A stretch of 58,540 bases of DNA, counting the filler, from Perkinsus olseni (taxonomy: Eukaryota), in NCBI GenBank assembly GCA_013115125.1. It is 3 parts of 3 records of this genome, joined end to end, with 100 filler letters (N's around TTAATTAATTAA, not from the genome) between each part and the next. Parts side by side here need not be neighbours in the genome. Positions count along the whole stretch, not along the records: positions 39,244 to 58,540 come from JABANN010000600.1; 2 more parts are not named here. The stretch is one strand, 5' to 3'. A model generated the notes under the pieces. It was given only the letters and a program-made list of their open reading frames with translations, did no database searches and was not told the origin of the DNA. Of this stretch, positions 47,601-58,284 are shown one piece after another (position 1 is the stretch's first letter; every line of letters begins with the position of its first letter). A program made the position numbers and the translations under genes.

Positions 47601-50600
47601 TTGCCGATGCCACACGCCCAGGTCCGAATCGCCGAGGTTCCTGAAGCGGGCCACACCCATGGTGCTATCACAGTTCACAGAGAGGTGGATGCCGGTGAGT
47701 AGAATGAGGGTCTAAGCGAACTTACTGGCTCGAAGACAAGGTCTGATGAGGTTCATCCAATTTTAGACTTGTCAGACGCTCAGTAATACCTTACCCGAGG
47801 ATCGAACTCGGGACCTCACCCGTGTATGATCGGCCCCTTATCCATAGGGCCTGAAGCGTCTCCGTTGTTGAACAGGAAGTCCACTCTCGTATGATCGTCG
47901 CCTACCGTGAATAGTGTACTTCGTGACACTAGGGATTAGTCAGCATGACTATTGGAGATTCGGATTGGGCTCTTCCTTAGCGCCGCACAGTGTCGTTTCT
48001 CCTGGGTGACGAGAGCAGCGACGACATTCCGAGAAAGAAGGACGCTTGTCAGAGCATGCAAGAGCTGCTCAACAGCAGAGGCGTGGAAGCCACTTACGTA
48101 GATCCGGAGACGCAAGAAAGCTTGCTACTCTTGGTGAGGACGAAGCTGCCAAAAGAACGATTAAAGCGACTCTTTCCCCCCGGAGGGTTCCACTATCCGC
48201 TCCGGTCCACATCTATTCGCCTGAGATTGGTTCTCCGGAATCCACGAATTGAGGCTATAGGATCCAGGTGTATTTGCCTGCGCTAGCTGCGACCTTACCC
48301 GATCGCGGGAACACTAAGCTCGGCGAACCCGCGGTGTTAGCTAGAGTGCCCAGTCTGTATTCGGTTGCCATTTTTGGTGGTTTAGGCGGTAGGAAGCTCA
48401 TGTAGCGTCGATCTGGTGTCACTACTTATCGAGAACTCCGCCAACCCTAATGACGTCAGTCATGTTGGGGGATTAACTCCGCTGATGCTTGCAGTGATTA
48501 ACAATGACAGAGATATGGTGAGCAGTCACCGTCACGCGCCACGAAATTACTTCGACAGTGGCGATCAGGTTAAGTGCTTGACAACCCATGGAGCGCAGCT
48601 TTGCGTCACGGACTCGATTGGTCGAACTCCGTTTGATTTGACGGCAGATAAGGAGATGCTCGCCCTTCTCCAAGCGATGGACTTGCACACTGCCACAAGG
48701 TCGTTCATTGTTAGCGGAGCGAAGCGATTCACGAATATACAATTTCGCCCACCTCAGAAACAACGACCTCGCTGCTTGTCAAGCTGCTATTGACGCGGGA
48801 ATTGATCTTAATTGGGTCCATCCCAAGACCGGCACTACCGCCCTGTACGGCGCAGTTGATAAGCTGCATGAAGAGATGGTCGTCCTACTTCTCAATGGTG
48901 GGGTCCGATGGTCTCCCTTGATCGTTCGAGTCAGTACACTAGTTAGTTTTGTCTCTGTGGAACGTCCGCCGGCTTCAGTAGTCAACATGGACAGTCTCGG
49001 CATTGTACTGTGAACCCGCTGGCTCGCGAGAAACTACTCAGCTCGGTATGAGAAAAACTATACCAAATTTTCAACAACTGTGGTTAACCTTTCCCCATTT
49101 TTGGATGATTCCCCTTATCCCGTTGGGCACGTTACCCAGGTAAAGCAGACCCAAACACTGCTCCGACGACAGGCTTCAGTCCGCTGTATGCGGCGGCTAA
49201 CAGGGGTGTCCCCAAGTTGTCTAAGATCCTGTTGGAATACAACGCAGACCCTAACAAGAAAATCGGAAACGGCGAAACGCCGCTGTTCGCCGCGCTGAAG
49301 AAGGCGAAGGCGCGGGGCGAGATGGTGGAGCTGCTTGTAAAGGCTGGGGCGGACGTAGAGACGAAGGGAAGGGTATCTTTGGAATCTTCGCTGTGCGTGA
49401 TGATGCAGGTGAACGTGTACTCGAATCAACAATTGAGTCCTTTCCGAGTGGCATTGGAGAAAAATTGCGATCAGAAGTTACTGAATATTTTGCTGGAATT
49501 TGGAGCGCTGCCGGATGCTCCCAACCCGGAGACAGGCGACACGATCCTTCAACAAGTAAGGTTGGCGCAGGAGGTGGAATCTGAAGTGCGCTCCTCAGGT
49601 GTGCCAGAAACCGCACGACAAAAATGCCCTACCAGTATTGAGAAAACTGGTTGATAATTTTCATTGTGACGTGAATTTGGCGAACCCGAGGACGGGGGCG
49701 ACCGCGCTGCATTACGCTGCTGTCTCGAGGAACCCAACGGCGGTGATAGAGTTCCTATTCGGTAGGGGGTAGGGTGGATTCCGTGGTTCTGAGAACTGTC
49801 ATGTCTTCTTAACGAGACCCGCCATCACGGAATTTGCGGAATTTATGGTATTCCAAAAATTGAATCCTTTGGAGAAGATAAGTTTCGCAGGCTTCCAGCG
49901 GAACTTCCTCCTCCGGCCAGAATGAGCCTGCAGGAACTATTTCAGATCGTGGTGCGGACCCGCTGAAGACGGACCTCGAGGAGAGAACGCCGCTCTACTG
50001 GGCTATAGACAAAATGAAGATCGACAACGCAAAGCTCCTCATCGATAAGGCAAGGGGAGTTGTTCTGGAAAGTCCGTCGCTAAGGCGAGTTGGAGTCAGA
50101 TACGGTCGAAGTACGGCGAGGCTGTGCTCGAGGAGATCGTGAATCTGCCGGACGAACTTAATAGTACTGCTTCCGTTCGGACAGGCGGCTTGCGGGCCCG
50201 CTCAGGTACTTGTCTGTCTGTGTGTCTGGCGGAGTTGAATCTTGAGATGAGCGAGCTGCTAGTGCATGAATGCCATGCGGAGGTGCGGGCGAGATGCGGG
50301 ATAGGGAAGTGGAGTCTTGCTGAGTTGTTGGTGAGATGGTATGGGACCGGTGCTGGCAGGTGTGCCGTGGGGAATCAGTTTACTCATCTCATGGTAGCAT
50401 TCGAGACTGGCGGTGGCGAGAGTGTTGGTAGACAGGACGCGGATGGAATCTCAGGTTGATGCTTGGACTGACCACATCAAGGACCGTGGTAGGGAAGATC
50501 CGAGAGCCCTCAGCATCAGTCCTGAGGACGAGAGACTAGTTGCCCTTTGGAGCAGCCTGTTTGGCCTCGACGGGGAGGTGGGTTCGGGTGAAGGGATGGG

Positions 50601-50894
50601 CATCAAGCCCAGGGATGGAATCTTTCAGGAGACGTTGGGCAAGATACGTGATGTTGTCGAATCCCAAAAGCTCAAAGAAGCCAAGAGTGACACTGCGATC
50701 GAGGGCGTCCACAGTCCGGTGAGAGCTGCTCTTATGTCCTTCTGTGTTCTTAGTCTCCGGCGTTGCAGTCGCCCGGCTCGCGGCGATCACAAGATGCCAC
50801 CTCCCCACCAGCCTTGAGACGCGGACGATCGGGACATAAATTCGGCTGCGTTGAAGTCGACTATTATGCTGATCATGGCCGCAGCGGCGTCTAG
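41641..50894 (+). CDS. Voltage-gated cyclic-nucleotide-binding-domain cation channel (KCNH/HCN/AKT-like) with C-terminal ankyrin repeats, many exons
   Basis: S1 YPDGRFRLTWD; S2 DIALNFVTGY; S3 IARYYAQTWLLVDLLASIPF; S4 KLLRVIRIVKFIRIARLLRLMRLK; S5 SHWIACIWWSI; pore STMYGD; C-linker LSDSLQNEV; CNBD APGDVVFYQGDSADGMYFVRKG..YVGE; ankyrins GLTPLMLAV, GTTALYGAV, GETPLFAAL. Probable stop at 50894. A single-gene model is inferred. Confidence 0.85.
47385..47468 (+). pseudogene. Degenerate tRNA-derived sequence in channel intron
   Basis: GGAGGTCCCGGGTTCGAATCCCAGCTGGACCA; the 5' half is decayed. Confidence 0.5.
47786..47857 (-). pseudogene. tRNA-Arg-derived pseudogene antisense in channel intron
   Basis: GGCCCTATGGATAAGG..CCGAGTTCGATCCTCGGGTAAGGTATT; 26 of 27 nt identical to 52390-52416. 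Confidence 0.65.
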
Positions 50895-52341
50895 GTGGCT
50901 CCCATGTATTAATTCACGGGCTCGTCTCAATCCTGCCAGTGGTGTTTAGTTATCGCATCTCTTTCCCAGCCGGGCCAGTCGGGCGCCAACCGCCGCACGG
51001 CAGGCGAAGCGGAATGCCTGCCTAGCTGTCCTGCCGAACCAATCGACGCTGACTTCCGCTTGAAAACCACCCGCAAGTCAGACCGAGTTCCATCGCTGAC
51101 TAGGTGTTCTCGCTGGGCTGCAAAGTTGTTGGTACACGCTTGAGATCGCTTGAATGGTCTAACGTCCTTTTGTGGATACCACAATGAATTCGAGGCTTTT
51201 GAAGGGGTCGAACGCATCAGGAAAACGGCGAGGTCTCAGTGGTAGTTTCTTAGTAGCATGCCATCACCACGCAAGATCGGAGGAGGATCATTAACGACGT
51301 CTGGTAGGGGTTACGGCATGCAGGTGCAGTAACATCGGTAGTGGAATTTATGGTAGACAATAGCGACGAGCCGAGATGTCGAAGGGGCTATGCTGAATTT
51401 TTGTGGGATAATATAACATTCAGTGTGGAAGTGATTTGCGATTGGTGTGGTATCATGCCCGGCACAGAGAGAAACTCGGACTATGAGGTAACAAGTATGA
51501 CTACATGTTGCCGCTGAAGGCTTTCCCTCTGGGTACTTCAGGACCTCATCTTGGAGGGTAAACTGAAGCGGAAAATCGAGAAGGCCATTGAACGATATCC
51601 TTCCGAATTTGGGGTGGCTGATGACCGTAGTAGTAGCAGGGAGTAGAGATTCCTCGTGTATGATGACAAGGAAAGAAGGCTGCGCCCTCGAGCATTGAGT
51701 AACCCAGATGGCATGAGTTGTCATGTTGATGATGGTTGCACGATGGATCACAACCGCCCTCTCGTTGTCTTTCGTAACAGTGGTGTTAAAAAAGTTGGCG
51801 CTCCTGGAGCTTCGGGTTCCTAGGACGACTCCGCAACATCATCTACAAGGGTCGAGAAGAGAGGCATCATGCACAGAGAATCTGCTCCCCGGGAAAATGC
51901 CACATCAGCCGGGAAAGACCGTTTTATTGACTTCTTCGGGCCGCGGGACTCAACCCCGAGCGGATACTCTGCCTATGGCTCGAGTGCTCTCTCGTTAAGA
52001 CTGAGCTAGCGGCGAAAGCTGCTGGTATCCACCAACAAATCCTGTTGTTGCTCTTCTTCGGTTGAGTCTATTCTGATGACCAGACTGGCTTTCCTAGAGC
52101 CCTGGGCCGTCACACTCCACTGAACATAACCTTGATCGCTCCTTCCTCTGAATAGGTTGATCCAAACGTCATTTGTCGTCTGACTAATCCGTTTCTTCCT
52201 TCCTAGAGTAGTAGTGTCTTCCCCGCGGGCCCTTCAGCGATTAGCTTCGAACCACGGCCTTTGAAGTTTGCACACGTCAATTAGCAGGTCCTCGAAATGG
52301 ATGTGAACTGATGTTGAAATGAAAAGTGTTTTGTGCGCGAA

Positions 52342-52414
52342 GACCTGTTGTCCCAATAGATGAGGCGCCACCCTACTAAGGTGCAGATTCCGAGTTCGAT
52401 CCTCGGGTAGGGTA
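52342..52414 (+). pseudogene. tRNA-Arg(CCT)-derived pseudogene, anticodon altered to ACT
   Basis: 73-nt tRNA layout with mismatches in the acceptor, D and anticodon stems; paralog of 52702-52774. Confidence 0.7.
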
Positions 52415-52519
52415 TTGTTGAGTGTGGTTGCAAGGCATTCGATCGATTCGAAATATTATCTTCAGTCGGATATCTTTGAATGTTAAATAACTAAATGGCT
52501 ACATTGAAGGGCTTTTGTA

Positions 52520-52591
52520 GGGTGTGTAGCTCAGTGGTAGAGCGGCTGACTGCAGATCAGCAGGTCCTCGGTTCAAATCCGGGCGCGCCCT
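52520..52591 (+). tRNA. tRNA-Cys(GCA)
   Basis: GGGTGTGTAGCTCAGTGGTAGAGCGGCTGACTGCAGATCAGCAGGTCCTCGGTTCAAATCCGGGCGCGCCCT; intact cloverleaf with some G-U pairs. Confidence 0.9.
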
Positions 52592-52701
52592 TACCTCAAT
52601 CATGGATTGCTGTCACAGAGAGATGGGTGTGGGCTACATGGAAGTTCCAGGCACAGATAAGCAGGTCCCTATTTCGAAGTGGATAGCGATGAGCTGTTTA
52701 A

Positions 52702-52774
52702 GTCCTGCTGGCCCAATGGCCAAGGCGCCACCCTCCTAGAGTGGAACTAGCGAGTTCGATGCTCGGGTAGGGTG
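52702..52774 (+). pseudogene. tRNA-Arg(CCT)-like, probably pseudogene
   Basis: GTCCTGCTGGCCCAATGGCCAAGGCGCCACCCTCCTAGAGTGG..GAGTTCGATGCTC; mismatches in the anticodon and T stems. Confidence 0.7.
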
Positions 52775-52881
52775 CTGCTGAGTACCGTTTCTAGCCGTTC
52801 AAACAATTCCGCAGGTCGGGGATAGTTCGAGTGGTGCCAGCAGTCGAGGCGCGAAGTAGGTCATGTTACATAGTTTGTGTA

Positions 52882-52953
52882 GAGTGTGCAGTTTAGTGGT
52901 AGAGAGGCTGACTGCAAATCGGCAGATCTCCAGTTCAAATCCGGGCGCGCCCT
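52882..52953 (+). pseudogene. tRNA-Cys(GCA) pseudogene
   Basis: Diverged copy of 52520-52591 with broken acceptor, D and T pairing. Confidence 0.75.
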
Positions 52954-53606
52954 TATGCAATTCATGAAGCGGCGCCTTTAAAGTGTTGCCAAGGCTTTCC
53001 AGCGTGCCACAGGCCAAGCATTGCCTCTGGCCTTGAAAGAGTCGAGAGTCTGGCACTACATAAACAGCGAAACGCGCGCTCGTCGGTTTTCTCGTCGGCG
53101 TAGAGATGGTTTCAGGCGCCCGCGTGTCCCTCCAGTTATCGCGGCGCGTCGTGTATTGATACTGCCGCCATCTCAGGTCCTCACGTAAGCCGAGATTCTC
53201 TACATCCACGTTCCTGAAGCCAGAGGTTCTCAAATCTTTGTGAGAACTTCACGAGTGACCTTGATCGGAGATGGAATCTTGAGTGAATACGAGTCGCCTT
53301 ATACGACCAAAATCATGGAGAACGCTAGTGTCAAAAGTAGGGCCTTCGATCGGCCACTGCAGCCGCTGAGTGATACTGTAGCTGAAAGCTAACCTGACGT
53401 CTGAGACAGTAGGTTGCAGTGAGGAGTTACAATGCCTCTCACTTACCGAGGTTCTGAAGCACCCTTATAGTTTATAGTTTAGATAACTAGTAAGTCAACG
53501 CGTGGGCGAGATCTTGAACACCAAATTCGCGTCTCGAAGACCAGCCAGGACAGCAGCTAATACGACATCATCTCGCCTTCTCCTGCTTCGACTCAGGAGG
53601 AGGATC

Positions 53607-54560
53607 TCAGCTCGATTGAATTGCATCCGAACTGAAGCACAATAACGTATCCTCGTGCCCGTATCCTTTCACAAGAAGCTGGTCATCATCCAACTGGCAA
53701 ATGCGGATGTCGAGTCCCTCCAGCTTGGAACAATTCGCATCATGTAGGACCAAAATATTTTCGAGCGTTCCAAACTTCCACTTGTCAACCCGTGAGGTGA
53801 ACGTTGCACGTTGACTCCCATCGCTTCCAGTTTCGAGATATAATATAGACAGCTCGTTGAAGTGAGTACCATCTTTCACGTTCTTCTCACCAGTGACGGG
53901 GGATGCCCAAGGCCGTTCATTAAAGGGGTTATCATCAGTCATATAAGCTTCCCTGAAAGAAGTCCAAGCTTGGTCACTCCTACGGGTTCCTTCTATCGTC
54001 AAATCAACCGGCAGGTTGAGCTCCTTATATGCTCTCCGGCTTCCGTGGACAGCATCCGAGTAAAGTGTTAATTCTGGTTTGCTTCTGGTGGATGTGCTCT
54101 TCGTACACAAGATCGCGTTACCGTGATCCTCGTTCCACCGCGTAACGCCTTCGAACGCGGAGGCCCTCCAAAGCTTGATTGGCAAGGGAGGTAGGAAATA
54201 ATAACATTTAGCGATGCCGAGCTTTCGTGGATCTCCCATCCCCATCATGGAGGGCCTCAGCTGATAAAACGAGTGCCACGTAGACGTGTTCGCACCGACA
54301 TAGGAAACGCGCACCAGCGCCGAGCCTGCACGGTACTTGAACTGCATGCCGGCCAAGTTGATAGTCTCGAGCTCGGGTGGCACTGAGCACGGAACGTACA
54401 TGCCCGGCGGGATGTCCTCTGGGGAGGGCGGAGGGCGTCTTTGACCCGTCCTTGGCTTCGTGGCAGCCGAGCAAAAGGGAGTGTCGAGAAGTGGACCGGA
54501 TGCTAGAAGGTATCTAACGATGATGTGATGGTAGGGGGGCATTGAGAGATGGGAGAACAA
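53607..54560 (-). CDS. Lineage-specific hypothetical protein (317-aa ORF; 5' exon uncertain)
   Basis: Long uninterrupted ORF with protein-like composition (PEDIPPGMYVP.., CYYF, DIRICQ); no recognised domain. Confidence 0.55.
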   Translation of the reverse strand: MFSHLSMPPYHHIIVRYLLASGPLLDTPFCSAATKPRTGQRRPPPSPEDIPPGMYVPCSVPPELETINLAGMQFKYRAGSALVRVSYVGANTSTWHSFYQLRPSMMGMGDPRKLGIAKCYYFLPPLPIKLWRASAFEGVTRWNEDHGNAILCTKSTSTRSKPELTLYSDAVHGSRRAYKELNLPVDLTIEGTRRSDQAWTSFREAYMTDDNPFNERPWASPVTGEKNVKDGTHFNELSILYLETGSDGSQRATFTSRVDKWKFGTLENILVLHDANCSKLEGLDIRICQLDDDQLLVKGYGHEDTLLCFSSDAIQSS

Positions 54561-55331
54561 CTGCTCGACAATTCTTGTGCGGAAGGTCTACCTCCGGGAT
54601 GTGACCATCGCCTGAGCTTCGTTGACTATAGCAAACGATCAGGCATGCTCGAGGGGTGCTCGGTGCCTCTGTCCTCCATGACTTCCCTGTCGGCACACGC
54701 CTATGGTTGCAGCGACACTCCGATCAAGACAGTCTCTTTATAGCTCTCGAAGAGCTATAAAGCTCTGTCACACTTGAGTTCTGGTCCGACAAGAGGTGGA
54801 AAGGAAGAGGGTTCTTCCGACACAGTCACGCAGCTCATGAGCGGCTGTTTGGGACTCTCAGCTGGAGCGGCGAGGAGGCTAGCTGAGATGACCGATAACG
54901 GGCGGTAAGTTCGAACGAAGTGGATGTGGCCGCCGCACACCCCGTGCGAGAATGGTATCGAAAGCCACTTATTAAGAACGATAAGACGTTAGATGCAGCC
55001 AGATGGACAACGGAATGGCAGCTAGCCACTGCTGGCAACAACGGTCATTCTAGTGCGACTGATATAATGGTGTTAACGGTAAACCATCGAGCCCTCCGAG
55101 TATTGGTGAGCCGGGAAAAAGGCGATAAATAGAAACCCAGAGGCCCCTTCGAAGTGCCTGAGTGAGTCCAAGAATGATGAGGCGTAATAACTAGCAATAA
55201 GGTGAGCATCCTTCGCAACTCCTTCGTGACTGAGAATGGACGAATCGTAACTCAGACATTGGGGATGATCTTCTCTGCCTGGTACTAGTCATAGCCAGAC
55301 AACCGATAGAGCCCTACATCTGGTCGAGCAA

Positions 55332-55688
55332 TCAACGACGACGGTAGACGAAGTTGCCCGGCGTCTCCCCCCAAAAGGTATGGATATCATCCCAGGTGGT
55401 AAAGCCCTTGTAATAGTAGCAGGTCAACGGGACGTCGAAGTCAGAAATCTTGATCTTCGCATTAGAACAACTCTCAACAGCATTCGTCAGGGACGTGCCG
55501 TTGTAGCTGATGGGCATGTTGTATATCATCACCATATCCGGCACAAAGACGGGGCTCGAGAACGTCAAGCCATCGACAGAAATCTTACATCCACGCAAGA
55601 CGATGTCGATATCGAAGGTGTAGTCTGGGTGGAAGATGAGGTCCCCTGATATCAAGGGGGACTGGCTGGAGTAAATACGGTCCGCCAA
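55332..55688 (-). CDS. Small beta-rich hypothetical protein exon
   Basis: 118-aa ORF with protein-like composition (DLIFHPDYTFDIDIVLRGCKI..AVESC..); the true start is probably in an upstream exon. Confidence 0.5.
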   Translation of the reverse strand: MADRIYSSQSPLISGDLIFHPDYTFDIDIVLRGCKISVDGLTFSSPVFVPDMVMIYNMPISYNGTSLTNAVESCSNAKIKISDFDVPLTCYYYKGFTTWDDIHTFWGETPGNFVYRRR

Positions 55689-56285
55689 GGAGTAGGGTGG
55701 GGTGCTTCATCAGAGCTCACAACGTTTGAACTGAGGGTTTAAGACAGTAGCGATTTCTGATTAGCGAAGCCCAAGGGCCTATCAGACCTGCAGCGCTGAA
55801 GAGAGCCCGCAGCGCTTTAGAAACAGTGACCTCGGGTTTCTGGTACTGGTCAGTGTTTGCCCGTTCGAAGTCCAACGCCGTCGGCGGCTTGGAGTTGATC
55901 CCGACGTCCTAGCTTCTTAACGATGGGCTCATTGTTGCGTTGATGTTCAGCTACACGCCCGAACGCTGCCATGAGGAGCGGGAGGAAGAGACTTGTTCCC
56001 CTCTGGACAGGATCCACCGCGGGGCTGTGTCTGACTAGCGGAACACTAGCACTGCCGTGGAACAGCTGTTACTGGGCTCGCTACAACAGTGTTACGAAAC
56101 TCAAGTTGTCTTCCAGTAGCTGGAAATTTCCTCGCTCGAAAAAACGGAGACAAGACTTGCGTGTATAGAAGGGAGACGGAAACTCAGGCAGACCGCAACA
56201 CTATGCCTCGTCGCTGAATAAGGGCGAGTTCAACCGTCGTGCATCGCACCGTCGGGAATCTCCCTTCATCATACCGAAACCACCA

Positions 56286-56407
56286 GTGTGAGTGAGTTTA
56301 CAGTCCAACGCTTGCGCTTCCCTTTTCGTTAGACTCGAGGCCGGTGTGCTCAGGGGCTTTCTGTAGCGTTGACATGCAGTGCAATCAGACGGTTCGTCAG
56401 CAAGCTT
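56286..56407. repeat. Copy B of the ~110-bp dispersed repeat
   Basis: Near-complete inverted match to 58171-58284 and partial match to 58051-58117. Confidence 0.85.
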
Positions 56408-56754
56408 CTTTAGGTGGTGAATGATAACGATGTGTCCCTCGCTTCGGAAACTTCGGGCCCTCGTCTTCAACGCCGTGGTGAAGAGACTGGCGGATAGAGA
56501 ATCCAACACCCGGGTTTTGCCATCTGTAATTCGATCTTTCATCTGCTGTCTTCTTATCGGATAAGACTTATCATCCGCCACTCAGCTTTAGCGTAGCTTC
56601 TTATCGGAGCAAGATGGGATCAGCGATATAACCCCAACACCGTTGGGTTAACGGAAAGGTCACTCCCCCATCCGCGATGAGCTATCACTAGTCTTGTGAA
56701 CCTCCCCGTTTTCGATATTCGTTGCTTCCGGTCTTCAATAACGGTAGCAATTCA

Positions 56755-56940
56755 CGTCTGATCGCACTGCGTATCAATCGCTACAGGAAGTCTCTGAAGA
56801 CAACCGTTGTCACAAAGTTGCTTTATCGCTGTTACTATGATACTAGCTGTTCTGTCTGAACCATTCTGTCCTTGTCATGATGCAGGATGAGTCTGACTAA
56901 GCCGGACCAACCGCTGTTGGACTATGAACTCACACACACG
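56755..56940. repeat. Copy C of the dispersed repeat, inverted and split by an ~85-bp insertion
   Basis: CGTCTGATCGCACTGCG..GCTACAGGAAG at 56755 and GAGTCTGACTAAGCCGG..GTTGGACTATGAACTCACACACACG at 56889-56940. Confidence 0.7.
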
Positions 56941-58050
56941 CGTCGTGAGTAAACCTCAGATCTCCTTAGTACCACTCGTTGACAACAACAGACAAAAGCA
57001 ATGGTGGCTATCAAGCTAAGGCTAATATATCAACACGATCAATAATACAACTTGGGAGTGCTCACGAAAGGCGCCTCTTCCGTCCTCGTAGATGGCGTTG
57101 TCGCTCTCGCCGCTTCTCATCAGCCTGTCTCTGCATGTGTCTTATCATGCTCACAAAACCGTTAGTTCTCTGCGGCGTCAACGAGTGGGCCAGGCCAAAA
57201 TGCTCGACGAGCTCTTCACCGTCAACCGCCAACACTTCCTGAAAACAACAGGTAAAATAACATCTCCTGAAAATCGTCCCAGTGTCACCTCTGGGGTCTT
57301 GCCGTTTAATTTTGACGTCAACAACTTCGCCAGACCCCTCGTTAAGGGCGAATCTTCAGCACGAACGGTGTAGAGCAAACGGTCTCGAGGTTGAACTCGG
57401 CCACTGTCAGTTTTACTCTCGTTTTCGGGCATCCAATCGCACGCTACGTAAACACGACTGACGCAACCGGAAACCCGATCGTCATCAGTGTAATGGTAAT
57501 TACCGTTATCATCGTTATGGCGGCCCAACCAGATGAGTTGGCGATATAACTGGGCCGGAGAGGATGGTGATGATGACAAAGACAGCATCGGCTGTTGATG
57601 TGAGAAACGTGCAGTTATCGTTATGATGAGGATCATCGTCACTATCATGATGAGGATAAATGATGATGGTGAAAGTCTGGCTCGCCGTCCTCGTCGTCCT
57701 TGCCCGTCGTCTTTAATTACACCGCCGCTACTTCGATACAACCTGGGCCTCATCGAACAGCGAGGCCCGGCCATGCATGAGTATTGTAAGTAATTCACTA
57801 ATACTGACAACGGTGATTGTGATGATGTTAGAATTATGAGGACTAGACTTTCTCAGGGCCAACCCGACCTCCCCCACGATGAGCATGGATCGACCTAAGA
57901 TACGCCTCAGTTGAATCACTAGTAATCAATATGAGTAATTCCCTAATACTGACAACCGTTACGATGTTGTTGAAATTATGATAAGGTTTCCAACACTGGA
58001 CTGCCTCTCGCCGACCTCATGAGTTCTCCGATCGGATGTACCCCCGGGAA

Positions 58051-58284
58051 AAGCTCCTTGACGAATCATCTGGTTGCACTGCATGCCAACGCTACAGAGA
58101 GCCCCTGAGCACATCGGCAAGGACCGGCGTTGGTCTATAAAATAACACACAAATTACACGGGGTCTTCATGAACCGTCTTATTGCACCGCGTGCCAACGT
58201 TACAGAGAGCCACTAACCGAGCACACCGGCTTCGAGTCAAACGAAGCGGGAAGCGTAAGCGTTGGACTGTAAACTCACTCACAC
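58051..58284. repeat. Copies D (partial) and E of the dispersed repeat
   Basis: TGCAC.GC.TGCCAACG.TACAGAGAGCC occurs twice; GAGTCAAACGAAGCGGGAAGCGTAAGCGTTGGACTGTAAACTCACTCACAC at 58234-58284. Confidence 0.85.

Noticed and set aside
51311-52300. 146-aa minus-strand ORF and neighbours
   Set aside because: Possibly a degenerate lineage-specific gene, but no supportable motif.
57178-57810. 210-aa ORF with a hydrophobic ILIMIVTMILIIT stretch
   Set aside because: The hydrophobic segment derives from ATC/GAT low-complexity DNA inside a repeat-rich region; coding status is unsupported.
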